64,000 nucleotides of DNA from Dehalococcoidia bacterium. GTDB taxonomy: Bacteria; Chloroflexota; Dehalococcoidia; Dehalococcoidales; BS750m-G39. Positions 28,701 to 36,720 of this stretch are shown here, in pieces. The stretch lies in the NCBI GenBank assembly GCA_030608005.1, contig JAUWIX010000003.1, forward strand, positions 4,627-68,626, given 5' to 3'. A model generated the notes under the pieces. The model did no database searches. It was not told where the DNA came from and saw only the letters and a list, made by a program, of their open reading frames with translations. Made by a program: the position numbers and the translations under genes. Positions within the stretch are counted from its first letter, which is position 1, and the number at the start of each line of letters is the position of its first letter.

Positions 28701-29013
28701 TGAAGGCACAGCAAACATGATTGAGTCAGCTGGACTCCCGGTAACAATGATAAGCAAAAAGTTAAGCGAGGGGCATCCCAATGTTATTGACATCATCAAT
28801 GACAAGACAGTGAGTGGCATCGTCAATACCATTACTGGAGGTCGCATTCCACTGAGGGATGGCTTCCAAATCCGTCGTGCTGCTACTGAGAAGCGCATCC
28901 CGTGCTTTACTTCCCTTGATACCGCTCAAGCTGCCCTGGAGGTGCTCCTTAGCGGGAGCCACATTTATAGCGCTCAGCCACTATCAGACTATCGGAGAAA
29001 GGAGCCCACTTGA
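25777..29013 (+). CDS. carB: Carbamoyl-phosphate synthase large subunit
   Basis: 1078 aa with duplicated ATP-grasp halves and an MGS-like C-terminal domain. The TTG start follows AAAGGAG. Confidence 0.95.
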   Translation: MTEKPSKVLIIGSGPIIIGQAAEFDYAGTQACKAMREEGVISVLVNSNPATIMTDEGIADVVYIEPLTVEMVGRIIERERPDGLLPTLGGQTGLNLAVDLANAGVLDKYNVKSLGTPIQTIRNAEDRELFKQLMAKIGEPTPQSATVTSLKQAKRVAKEIGLPLIIRPAYTLGGTGGGIANTWEELDKVVTGGLAASPIHQVLLESSVAGWKEIEYEVMRDAADNCITVCNMENIDPMGVHTGDSIVVAPSQTLTNKEYQMLRTASLKIIRALGVEGGCNIQFALDPNSDSYFVIEVNPRVSRSSALASKATGYPIARVAAKIAVGKRLDEIPNAVTGKTMAAFEPALDYLVVKIPRWPFDKFASGDRVTGTQMKATGEVMAIDRCFEAALQKAIRSLEFGRRSLLWEDPKWKLGTDIDSYPLEPSDLRLWALMAALRRGITAEGLSEHTKIDLWFTAKLQNIVDMEKQLLSQPLTPELLWQAKRLGFSDEQIGTLADRLPEQVRQLRRSWNIRPAYKMVDTCAAEFDAGTPYFYSTYEQENEAEPLEGNKAIVIGSGPIRIGQGIEFDYCSVHSAWALQESGYKAIMVNSNPETVSTDFDTSDRLYFEALDEESLRDILENESGASDAPPSIVQFGGQTAINLAEPLFRSGMPLLGSSAEAIDLAEDRRRFENFLSELGIPQPPGAGVTSIDEALSVAKLIGYPVLVRPSYVLGGRAMEIAHSASELSRYMKLAMELDTKHPVLIDKYLEGKEVEVDAIGDGKDVLIPGIMEHIERAGVHSGDSMAVYPGVNLTEPEVETIVDYAVKVGLGLKIKGLMNIQFVIMPGGNNQGSSVYVLEVNPRASRTIPFISKVTGVPMVNVATKVMLGKSLKEQGYNTGLWKRQKLVGIKAPVFSMSKLLGVDTYLGPEMKSTGEVMGIDYTFDAALAKALQAAGLMLLPQGSILFSIADRDKPEALPIIKKFSQIGYKLYATEGTANMIESAGLPVTMISKKLSEGHPNVIDIINDKTVSGIVNTITGGRIPLRDGFQIRRAATEKRIPCFTSLDTAQAALEVLLSGSHIYSAQPLSDYRRKEPT

Positions 29014-29795
29014 GGCAAGCTACAGCTCGTGTTATTTCCAACAATGAAATCATGCCCAGGGTCTACCTCGTCTGGCTGAATTCTCCTCCAATAGCTTCTC
29101 AAGCCCAGCCGGGGCAATTTGTCATGGTTCGCTGTGGAGAGGGATTGGAATACCAATTACGCCGCCCACTTAGCATCCATCAACTAGACGGAAACGAAAT
29201 TGCCTTACTATTCACTGTAGTGGGGAAGGGTACTCGCTGGCTGTCTCAATGCCAAGCCGGTGATAATCTAGACCTGCTTGGACCATTAGGCAACGGCTAT
29301 TCTATTCATTCTGGCTCACATAACCTGCTACTAGTGGCTGGCGGCATTGGCATTGCCCCGTTAGTCTTCCTAGCTCAGCAAGCCCTGAATCAAGGATGCT
29401 CGGTAACGCTGCTCTCGGGAACACCAACCACTACCCAGCTTTACCCCGAATACCTCCTACCCCCTGAAGTCAAGCTCGTCACCGCCACTGAGGATGGGAC
29501 TGCCGGCAGAAAGGGCATGATAACCAACCTCCTGCCCGATTTTATGGGCTGGGCAGACCAAATCTTTGCCTGTGGGCCTATCTCAATGTATCAGACTATA
29601 GCAGCCCGAAAGCAACACCTCCTGAAAGGAAAGCCAACCCAGGTTTCCCTGGAGGTCAGGATGGGATGCGGGCGCGGGGTTTGTTACGGGTGCACGGTGA
29701 AAACAAAAAGAGGGCTAAGGCAGGTATGTAAGGATGGACCGGTGTTTGATTTGGACGATATATTATGGGATGAATTAGCTGATGGGGGTGTTTAA
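29010..29795 (+). CDS. pyrK: Dihydroorotate dehydrogenase electron-transfer subunit
   Basis: It has a ferredoxin-reductase fold (GGIGIAPL) and the C-terminal 2Fe-2S motif [11 protein letters not shown]...CKDGPVF. There is a 4-nt overlap with carB. Confidence 0.85.
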   Translation: MRQATARVISNNEIMPRVYLVWLNSPPIASQAQPGQFVMVRCGEGLEYQLRRPLSIHQLDGNEIALLFTVVGKGTRWLSQCQAGDNLDLLGPLGNGYSIHSGSHNLLLVAGGIGIAPLVFLAQQALNQGCSVTLLSGTPTTTQLYPEYLLPPEVKLVTATEDGTAGRKGMITNLLPDFMGWADQIFACGPISMYQTIAARKQHLLKGKPTQVSLEVRMGCGRGVCYGCTVKTKRGLRQVCKDGPVFDLDDILWDELADGGV

Positions 29796-29868
29796 GAGGG
29801 GTTTTGCCACTCTTTCCAAAAAACTTCCCCCTCTCCTTTGAAGGAGAGGGGGATAAAGGGGGTGAGGT
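29795..29868. repeat. Repeat cluster R9 (degenerate C-unit plus full A-unit)
   Basis: agaggggttttgccactct is followed by tccccctctcc-tttgaa-ggagaggggga (29826-29853) and taaagggggtgaggt. The cluster ends 5 nt before the yjbQ ATG. Confidence 0.85.
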
Positions 29869-29873
29869 TGAAT

Positions 29874-30290
29874 ATGGTCATCACCAAAACAATTAGCCTT
29901 CAAAGTAAAGGGCACTGCGATATTATTGACATTACGCCACAGATAGAACAGCAGTTAGCTGAGACGGATATAAGTAATGGAACAGTTACCCTGTTTGTCT
30001 CCGGTTCAACTGCTGGGATTTCCACCATTGAATTTGAATCTGGACTACTCTCTGATTTCCAGGATATGTGGGAGCGAAATGTCCCCAAAGACATCCCCTA
30101 TAACCATGACCGGCGTTGGGGCGATGGCAACGGATACTCACATGTCCGAGCCTCGCTGCTGGGTGCCTCATTAGTAATTCCATTTAACAACAAAAGGCTA
30201 GCTTTGGGAACCTGGCAACAAATAGTGCTGGTAGATTTCGACAATAGACCGAGGTCAAGGCAAATCATGGTGCAAATTGTGGGTGAGTAG
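29874..30290 (+). CDS. yjbQ: YjbQ/UPF0047 family protein (secondary thiamine-phosphate synthase type)
   Basis: The product starts MVITKTISLQSKGHCDIIDIT and contains NGYSHVRASLLG. The ATG at 29874 uses the repeat-borne GAGGT as its SD. The tracked longer start translates the repeat (KERGIKGVRL). Confidence 0.8.
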   Translation: MVITKTISLQSKGHCDIIDITPQIEQQLAETDISNGTVTLFVSGSTAGISTIEFESGLLSDFQDMWERNVPKDIPYNHDRRWGDGNGYSHVRASLLGASLVIPFNNKRLALGTWQQIVLVDFDNRPRSRQIMVQIVGE

Positions 30291-30424
30291 ATTGTTTATC
30301 AACCCTATCCCCTGTATCCCCTTCCCCTTGATAAGGGGAAGATAGTTTCTTTAGAAAGGCATAGCCCCTCTTACATAACCAATTCCCCCTCTCCTTTAGC
30401 AGAGGGGGACAAAGGGGGTGAGGT
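30291..30424. repeat. Repeat cluster R10 (B-unit plus A-unit)
   Basis: attgtttatcaaccctatcccctgtatccccttcccctt-gata-aggggaag is followed by cataaccaattccccctctcc-tttagc-agagggggacaaagggggtgaggt. Confidence 0.85.
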
Positions 30425-30523
30425 TGCAATCTCATTAGAGGGCTTTGACAGCGGTTTAAGCCAGAGCTTATAATAATAAGGCGTTTAATGGCAGTAAAGT
30501 AAACCATAGAAAGGCGGTATGAG

Positions 30524-30643
30524 ATGGCAAATCAGATAGGTAAGAGGTATCGCTGTGCTAAGTGTGGCGCTGAGTTCATCGTTACCAGGGGGGGCGAAGG
30601 CACAATTTGCTGCTGCGGTCAACCCATGGAGTTAAAGAAATAA
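30524..30643 (+). CDS. Desulforedoxin-like mini-protein (39 aa)
   Basis: MANQIGKRYRCAKCGAEFIVTRGGEGTICCCGQPMELKK has the CxxC...CC spacing characteristic of desulforedoxin. It is too short for the ORF track. Confidence 0.6.
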   Translation: MANQIGKRYRCAKCGAEFIVTRGGEGTICCCGQPMELKK

Positions 30644-30673
30644 GGTAAGCTGGTTTGTGGGAGTATTACTTAA

Positions 30674-30817
30674 ATGGCAAGTCAATTAGGTAAAAGGTAT
30701 CGCTGCTCTAAGTGTGGCACTGAAATACTATGCACCAAAGCCGGTGATGGTGTAGCTACCTGCTGCGGTCAGGAAATGGAAGTCCAGGAACCCAGACCAA
30801 TCCCATCCTCTGACTAA
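30674..30817 (+). CDS. Desulforedoxin-like mini-protein, tandem paralogue (47 aa)
   Basis: MASQLGKRYRCSKCGTEILCTKAGDGVATCCGQEMEVQEPRPIPSSD has the same CxxC...CC pattern and lies 30 nt after the first copy. Confidence 0.6.
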   Translation: MASQLGKRYRCSKCGTEILCTKAGDGVATCCGQEMEVQEPRPIPSSD

Positions 30818-30823
30818 CCGAGC

Positions 30824-31390
30824 TTATTTACCCTGCAGCAGGGAGAGAAATTCAGCCCTGGTTTCTGTTCTGCGGCGAAAGGTGCCCCTGAGGGCTGAGG
30901 TAACGATAGCGCTTCCCGGCTTCTTGATGCCACGCATAATCATACACAGGTGCTCAGCCTGGACAATTACCCCCACCCCATCAGGCTTGAGCCCATCAAC
31001 AATGGCATTGGCAATCTGGGTGGTCATTCTCTCCTGAATCTGGGGGCGCTTGGCAAAGATTTCCACCACCCGAGCCAGTTTACTAGCACCGACAACACGC
31101 CCAGTGGCATTAGGGATATAACCTATGTGAACCACACCGTAAAATGGCAAAAGATGATGCTCACACATGGAATAAAAGGAAATATCCCTGAGAATTACCA
31201 TTTCGCGGTGCCCTTCCTCATAAATTACTGATAGCTCTTCCTTAGGATCCTTATTAATTCCCATAAAAAGCTCGGCATACATCTCAGCCACACGCCCAGG
31301 AGTGCCGAGCAACCCCTCCCTTTCAGGGTCTTCACCAATAGCCCTGATGATAGAGGTTACTGCTTCCTTAATCTCAGCCTCGTTAAACAC
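30824..31390 (-). CDS. folE: GTP cyclohydrolase I
   Basis: It has the CEHHLLPF active-site motif. The protein is 188 aa and the GTG start follows AAAGGAGGG. Confidence 0.9.
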   Translation of the reverse strand: MFNEAEIKEAVTSIIRAIGEDPEREGLLGTPGRVAEMYAELFMGINKDPKEELSVIYEEGHREMVILRDISFYSMCEHHLLPFYGVVHIGYIPNATGRVVGASKLARVVEIFAKRPQIQERMTTQIANAIVDGLKPDGVGVIVQAEHLCMIMRGIKKPGSAIVTSALRGTFRRRTETRAEFLSLLQGK

Positions 31391-31530
31391 TCTCGCCCTC
31401 CTTTAACGCTTACCATTGTTTCCTAAAACAATTCCTATCTAAGTAGGTACGAAATATGCGACTTAATTTTTAGAGACACAATTCCTATCTGATTAGCTTT
31501 GAATTGTTTCAATTGTTATGTCAAGTTAGC

Positions 31531-32583
31531 TTAACCCAAGTTTAGAGCTTGCTCCACAGCGGCTAAATCAGCCGGGAGCTCAAGAAAGGGCTCAGCATCT
31601 TTTACTGCGGTCTCAGTATCCTTGAGTCCGGTGCCGGTTATCACACAAACCACCCTACTTTGTGAGAAGTCCATCCCCTTCCGGGAAAGCTTGATAAGTC
31701 CGGCTAAAGAAGCGGCTGACGCTGGCTCGCCAAAGACACCCCCCTTGGTCGCCATAAGCCTCTGGGCGGCCAGAATCTCGTTATCGCTGACCATATCAAT
31801 AACGCCACCGGATTCATCGCGGGCAGCCGCCGCCTTCTGCCAGCTAGCCGGGTTGCCTATTCGTATCGCCGAGGCAACAGTCTCCGGCTGGTCAATAACA
31901 TAGCCCCGAACAATGGGGGCAGCGCCCTCTGCCTGAAAACCCATCATCTTAGGCTTGCTCTTTGCCCTACCCGCTTGATAATACTCAACAAAGCCCTTCC
32001 AGTAGGCAGTAATGTTGCCGGCATTACCTACCGGGATAAAGAGATAGTCCGGGGCTTGACCTAAACTATCGATAATCTCAAAGGCGGCGGTTTTTTGCCC
32101 CTCGATGCGATGGGGGTTAACCGAGTTCACCAGGGTAATCGGATGCCTCTCAGTCAGACTTTGCACTATGGTTAGCGCCTGGTCAAAATTTCCCTCAATG
32201 GTAACTATTTTAGCCCGATAGATAATAGCTTGAGCGAGCTTACCGAGGGCAATCTTGCCTTTAGGGACAACAATAATAGCGCCGACTCCGCAATAGGCGG
32301 CATAGGCGGCGGCTGAGGCACTGGTATTGCCGGTGGAGGCGCACATGAGAGCCTTGCTGCCAGCCTCAAGCGCTTTAGCTACAGCAACTACCATACCCCT
32401 ATCTTTAAAGGAACCGGTAGGATTACACCCCTCCAGCTTAAGATATAGCTCACCGCAACCAATTTCTTTCTCAAGCTCACTGCACCTGACCAGAGGGGTA
32501 TCCCCCTCGCCTAGAGAGAAGAGGGGCGTTTTTGAGGTGACGGGAAGGAAGGCTTTATAGTTAATTAGGACGCCGTGTTTCAT
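31531..32583 (-). CDS. thrC: Threonine synthase
   Basis: It has the PLP-lysine motif [12 protein letters not shown]. The protein is 350 aa. Confidence 0.9.
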   Translation of the reverse strand: MKHGVLINYKAFLPVTSKTPLFSLGEGDTPLVRCSELEKEIGCGELYLKLEGCNPTGSFKDRGMVVAVAKALEAGSKALMCASTGNTSASAAAYAAYCGVGAIIVVPKGKIALGKLAQAIIYRAKIVTIEGNFDQALTIVQSLTERHPITLVNSVNPHRIEGQKTAAFEIIDSLGQAPDYLFIPVGNAGNITAYWKGFVEYYQAGRAKSKPKMMGFQAEGAAPIVRGYVIDQPETVASAIRIGNPASWQKAAAARDESGGVIDMVSDNEILAAQRLMATKGGVFGEPASAASLAGLIKLSRKGMDFSQSRVVCVITGTGLKDTETAVKDAEPFLELPADLAAVEQALNLG

Positions 32584-32590
32584 TTACTTA

Positions 32591-32665
32591 GCAACCCTCC
32601 CCCTGTATCCCCCTCCCTTGTAAGGGAGGGGGAAGATTTTTTCATAAGAGGGGCTTCGCCCCTCT
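32591..32665. repeat. Repeat cluster R11 (B/D-unit plus C-unit) between the R-M gene and thrC
   Basis: gcaaccctccccctgtatccccctccctt-gt-aagggaggggg is followed by agaggggcttcgcccctct (32647-32665). Confidence 0.85.
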
Positions 32666-32719
32666 AGGACTCCCTATAGGACACTCGCTCAAGCTTGAGG
32701 ACTTGCTTGCAAGAGAAGT

Positions 32720-35392
32720 CTATATGACTTGCTTTTCCTCTTCAGTAAGTCCATAGAGGTCATAGACAAGGTTATCTATTTCTTTGTCCGTTTGCTCAAT
32801 CTCTCTTTTAAGTTCATCACGTTCATTGCAGTATGTATTGCGAATAGGTGCTAGCCGTTTATTCAACTCCAGCATCCTATCTACCAGAGCCACCAGAGCA
32901 TCATGTATCTTCTTTTCAATAGGGTTATTGAAGTCAATAGAAGGAAGGGGTAACTTGCCAACATAATAGTCATCAAAATCCATCGTCCTTATTGCGTTAC
33001 TAAAGATGAATTTGTAGGCGTACCAAGACCACAGTTTAGAATTGAGTAGAGCCGTTATAAAAGCATAGCTAAATCTGTTATCGCTCAGTACCGTGTTTTC
33101 CACTGTATCCACTGTCAGAACACTGTTCTTATCAAAGGTGGCCATAAGTATTATATGGTCAGTAGGCTTCAGAACGTGAGCGATTATCCGCTGTGAGATA
33201 ATCTTGGGCTGGCGTAAGAATGAAACCTTCTTATCCGCTCCAGACAGGATTGCCTCCGGTAGCGTTTCTTTGGTCTCATACAAGGTATACCTAGCAATAT
33301 GGTCTCCTCGATAAATAGGAATACCTTTAGGGTCTTTGGTTAGGTGTCTCTGGAAAGGTAGTCCCCTTGCCGTTTTGCTAATACCTTTCATGAAGAGCTT
33401 GGATGCAGTCATTTTGTTAAAGACTTGTAGCTCTTTATTAGTTATACCCAATAGAATCGTATCGGTGTTTTTCGAAGTTTCTTTAGAGATAGAGACTGGC
33501 TCCTTCTTTTCGTCTTCTTCAAGGGACACCGATTCATAGAAGGGTTTGTGAAGAAACTTTTGAGAGATGACTACTACCATCTGCTCAAGCAGAACTTCCT
33601 TAAACGCTTGGCTGGCATCACAAGCGCAGCCAAGCCTATCCAGTATTAGTTTACGTCCACTCGCCCATTTCTGGCTGTAAGCCAGAGATTTGGGTATAAT
33701 GAAGCTGAAGAACCCACCTTCTTTGGTCAAGCTCAAGCCCTTTTCGATAAAGACCATAGCACTATTTTTGTTGTCTCTGCTATGGGAATAGCGTTTTTCA
33801 ATATAAGCTCTATCATACTCATCAAATTCTGCACCGTACGGTGGATTACCAATCACCACATCAAAGCCCCCATTAGCCATAATGTCCTTAAACTCCTGTT
33901 CCCAGTTGAAGCGTTTTTTGTCCCGCCAGTTATCCCCAAAGTAGCCTTTCAGTTCTTCCTCGGTGCCGGAGATTAGGGAGTTGCCCTGTCGGATGTTATT
34001 GCTGAGGTATGGAAGCTTGTCTTTCTCTGTAAGGGTACGGAGTAGCAGATTCAGTCGCGTAATCTCAACCGCTTGCATGTCTAAATCTACGCCGTAGATA
34101 TTAGTGAGTAAAACAGGCAAGCGGTCTTTTTGGTCGAGTTCACTTAAGGATTTGTTGCGCTCTCTTGCGTGGTAGTTTAGAAGTTCATCATAAGCGCGGA
34201 TTAAGAAAGAACCTGACCCACAGGCTGGGTCGAGGATTTTTACAGTGCGTATTTCGTTATAATCATGCTCTTTAATAAACCGCCCAACTGTTTCTTTAAC
34301 AATATAGTCGGTGACAAACTTTGGTGTATAGTAAATGCCCTGTTCCTTACGACGCTGCTTTTTGCTGATGATTGCGAAGGTCTCTTCATCAGTAATACTT
34401 AGTTTGAGCTGAGCTTCTACCCTTTCCTTAACTTTAGTAGCTACATAGCCCAGATACTGTTCATACACGGCACCAAGCACATCAGCATCAATGTCATTGA
34501 AGTTATAGCTTGCCAGACTTCCCGGAATTTCATACAGGCCACTTAGAATCTTCTCAATGGTTGAGCCTTCGATGAAGACACCGTCTGTCAGATGCTTGTC
34601 AAATAGCTCGCTATCATAGGTATTACGATAGGATTCGAAGATGTGCCGTAGTTCCTCTATTAGCTCCCCCTTGTATCCCACCGATTTCCATTGGTTTGCC
34701 GCGGCAAGCAAGCACTTTTCTTCTAAATTTCTATCCTCACAGGTGCGGATAAAGATAAGGCGATCAAAAAGTCTCTGAACAACCTCATCTATCTTATTTG
34801 GACTTAATTCCTCGTTGTGGCCATGTATTTGATTAAAAAGTTCTTCTCGCCACTGGCGGAGTTGCTTATAGAGCCGCGTTTCTATGGGTAGAGAGGGTGG
34901 CAAAGCACCATATTGGGCTGCCTCTTTGTTCAACAAACCGTTTTCCAGCGATTCACGAGAAAGGAGCCATAGCTTATCAAAGTTCGCAATATAATCCTTA
35001 TAAGTAAGCGTTAAGAATGGTTTGTTTGTTTGTGCATTGAAGAGCCGTAGCTCACGAAAATCAGTCAACACCGCCCAAGTCACACCCTTGTTATAGGCAT
35101 AGGTAACAGCTTGCTTGATATATTCTGGAGTGGTAAGGTCGGCTTTTAGTTGCTTGGCTTCCAAGTAGAATTGGGATACACCCTTCAGTTTGAAGGCGTA
35201 ATCTACCCGTCCATTTGAAGCTTTCTCCTCCGGGGCCACCTCATTTGTATCATCAAAGTCCCAGCCTAAAGCTCTAAATAGAGGCTCAATGAAGCCTTGT
35301 TTGGTCTTAGCTTCGTGAAAGCCTTTTATTTCAGATGTGCTTAAGCCCTCGTATTTATCAATTAACTCGGCAATTTGTTCTTCTATGGACAT
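32720..35392 (-). CDS. Single-polypeptide type IIG restriction-modification enzyme (PD-ExK nuclease + gamma-class N6-adenine MTase + TaqI-like specificity domain)
   Basis: The N-terminus has the nuclease-type pattern RVDYAF...YLEAKQ. The MTase has motif I ILDPACGSGSFL and motif IV VVIGNPPYGAEF. The C-terminal TRD resembles the Eco57I/TaqI family. Hand samples gave about 37-43% G+C against about 57% in hom. Confidence 0.8.
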   Translation of the reverse strand: MSIEEQIAELIDKYEGLSTSEIKGFHEAKTKQGFIEPLFRALGWDFDDTNEVAPEEKASNGRVDYAFKLKGVSQFYLEAKQLKADLTTPEYIKQAVTYAYNKGVTWAVLTDFRELRLFNAQTNKPFLTLTYKDYIANFDKLWLLSRESLENGLLNKEAAQYGALPPSLPIETRLYKQLRQWREELFNQIHGHNEELSPNKIDEVVQRLFDRLIFIRTCEDRNLEEKCLLAAANQWKSVGYKGELIEELRHIFESYRNTYDSELFDKHLTDGVFIEGSTIEKILSGLYEIPGSLASYNFNDIDADVLGAVYEQYLGYVATKVKERVEAQLKLSITDEETFAIISKKQRRKEQGIYYTPKFVTDYIVKETVGRFIKEHDYNEIRTVKILDPACGSGSFLIRAYDELLNYHARERNKSLSELDQKDRLPVLLTNIYGVDLDMQAVEITRLNLLLRTLTEKDKLPYLSNNIRQGNSLISGTEEELKGYFGDNWRDKKRFNWEQEFKDIMANGGFDVVIGNPPYGAEFDEYDRAYIEKRYSHSRDNKNSAMVFIEKGLSLTKEGGFFSFIIPKSLAYSQKWASGRKLILDRLGCACDASQAFKEVLLEQMVVVISQKFLHKPFYESVSLEEDEKKEPVSISKETSKNTDTILLGITNKELQVFNKMTASKLFMKGISKTARGLPFQRHLTKDPKGIPIYRGDHIARYTLYETKETLPEAILSGADKKVSFLRQPKIISQRIIAHVLKPTDHIILMATFDKNSVLTVDTVENTVLSDNRFSYAFITALLNSKLWSWYAYKFIFSNAIRTMDFDDYYVGKLPLPSIDFNNPIEKKIHDALVALVDRMLELNKRLAPIRNTYCNERDELKREIEQTDKEIDNLVYDLYGLTEEEKQVI

Positions 35393-35396
35393 TCAC

Positions 35397-36698
35397 TTAA
35401 GCCTCGACCCGGATGAAGTTGCATATCTGTTTAACTGAAGCCAGATGCCCCAGCTCATCAAGGGCTTGCTGCATCTCCCTTTCCTGAGCGGGGTGGGTCA
35501 TGATAACAATTTCAGCCGTCTGAGACACACTATCAGCCGCCTGCTGGATAACCGAGGAAATACTAATTAGATGGTCACCTAAAACCTTAGACACCTGAGC
35601 CAAGACCCCGGGTCGGTCAGCAACATTCAGCCTGAGGTAATATCGGGTCTCAAGCTCAGACATAGGTTTAATGATTTTACCTGGCTCAAGCCTCCACCTT
35701 GCCCTACTACCCCCACCAGCGATAATATCCTGGGCGGCTGATACTACATCAGCTACCACCGCACTACTAGTAGGCAAGGCACCAGCCCCCTCACCATAGA
35801 AAAGCACCTTGCCCACCAGGTCAGCTTCCACCAGAATAGCATTATAGACACCGTCAACCTTAGCCAGAAGGGATTCCTCAGGGATGAACACGGGATGAAC
35901 TCGCACCTCAATCCAGCTATCGCCCTGTTTAGCTATAGCCAGCAGCTTTATAGCAAAGCCTAGCTCCCGAGCGTATTTGAAGTCACGACTATCCAGTCGA
36001 GAAATGCCTTCACAATGGATATCCTGAGGTTGAACCTGGCAATGGAAGGCTAAAGAGGCAAGAATAGCCAGTTTATAGGTAGCATCTATTCCGTCCACAT
36101 CATCCTCGGGGTTAGCCTCGGCATAGCCTAACTCCTGGGCTCTCTTGAGTGCTGAAGCAAAATCTGTACCCTCTCTTGCCATCCGGGTAAGAATATAATT
36201 AGTGGTTCCGTTTATTATGGCGTAAATACCACTTATCTTATTGGCTACCAGGTCTTGCTGGAAAGGGGCGATTAGAGGAATGCCACCACCAACACTGGCT
36301 TCACAGCGCAGTCCTACCCCATACTGCTGAGCTAGAGCAAATAGTTCCGCCCCATGCTTAGCGATAACCTCCTTGTTGGAGGTAACCACATGCTTGCCGC
36401 CGGAGAGCGCCCGTTTCAAATAATCCAGGGCTGGCTCCTCACCGCCGATAGCCTCAACCACTATATCCATCTCAGGCTCAGCAAAAAACTCATCGGCATC
36501 GGTAGTAAAAAGCTGAAGCCCCATCTCTTTTGCCTGCGGTTTGGCTAAATCCGACTCTAAAACTTTCACCTTTCTCAGGACAAGGGGGCAACCTACCTGC
36601 TCAGCTAAAACCTCTGCCTTATCCATCAGAACCCTAGCTACTTCCCCCCCAACCACCCCCAGCCCCATCAACCCAATTCCAATGCTCTGTTTCTTCAA
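35397..36698 (-). CDS. hom: Homoserine dehydrogenase
   Basis: The N-terminus is (L/M)KKQSIGIGLMGLGVVGG, a Rossmann fold, and there is a C-terminal ACT domain. I placed the start at TTG 36698, but the start is uncertain. The tracked longer ORF (to 36815) would overlap the PPIase gene end. Confidence 0.85.
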   Translation of the reverse strand: MKKQSIGIGLMGLGVVGGEVARVLMDKAEVLAEQVGCPLVLRKVKVLESDLAKPQAKEMGLQLFTTDADEFFAEPEMDIVVEAIGGEEPALDYLKRALSGGKHVVTSNKEVIAKHGAELFALAQQYGVGLRCEASVGGGIPLIAPFQQDLVANKISGIYAIINGTTNYILTRMAREGTDFASALKRAQELGYAEANPEDDVDGIDATYKLAILASLAFHCQVQPQDIHCEGISRLDSRDFKYARELGFAIKLLAIAKQGDSWIEVRVHPVFIPEESLLAKVDGVYNAILVEADLVGKVLFYGEGAGALPTSSAVVADVVSAAQDIIAGGGSRARWRLEPGKIIKPMSELETRYYLRLNVADRPGVLAQVSKVLGDHLISISSVIQQAADSVSQTAEIVIMTHPAQEREMQQALDELGHLASVKQICNFIRVEA

Positions 36699-36720
36699 TT
36701 CCTTAACCCCCAGTTTGATT

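Noticed and set aside
31391-31530. A preQ1 or THF riboswitch in the folE leader (CUCUAAAAAUUAAG resembles the A-rich tail of preQ1-I).
   Set aside because: I could not form the required P1 stem and pseudoknot. The conserved features are instead exact direct repeats typical of protein-binding sites.
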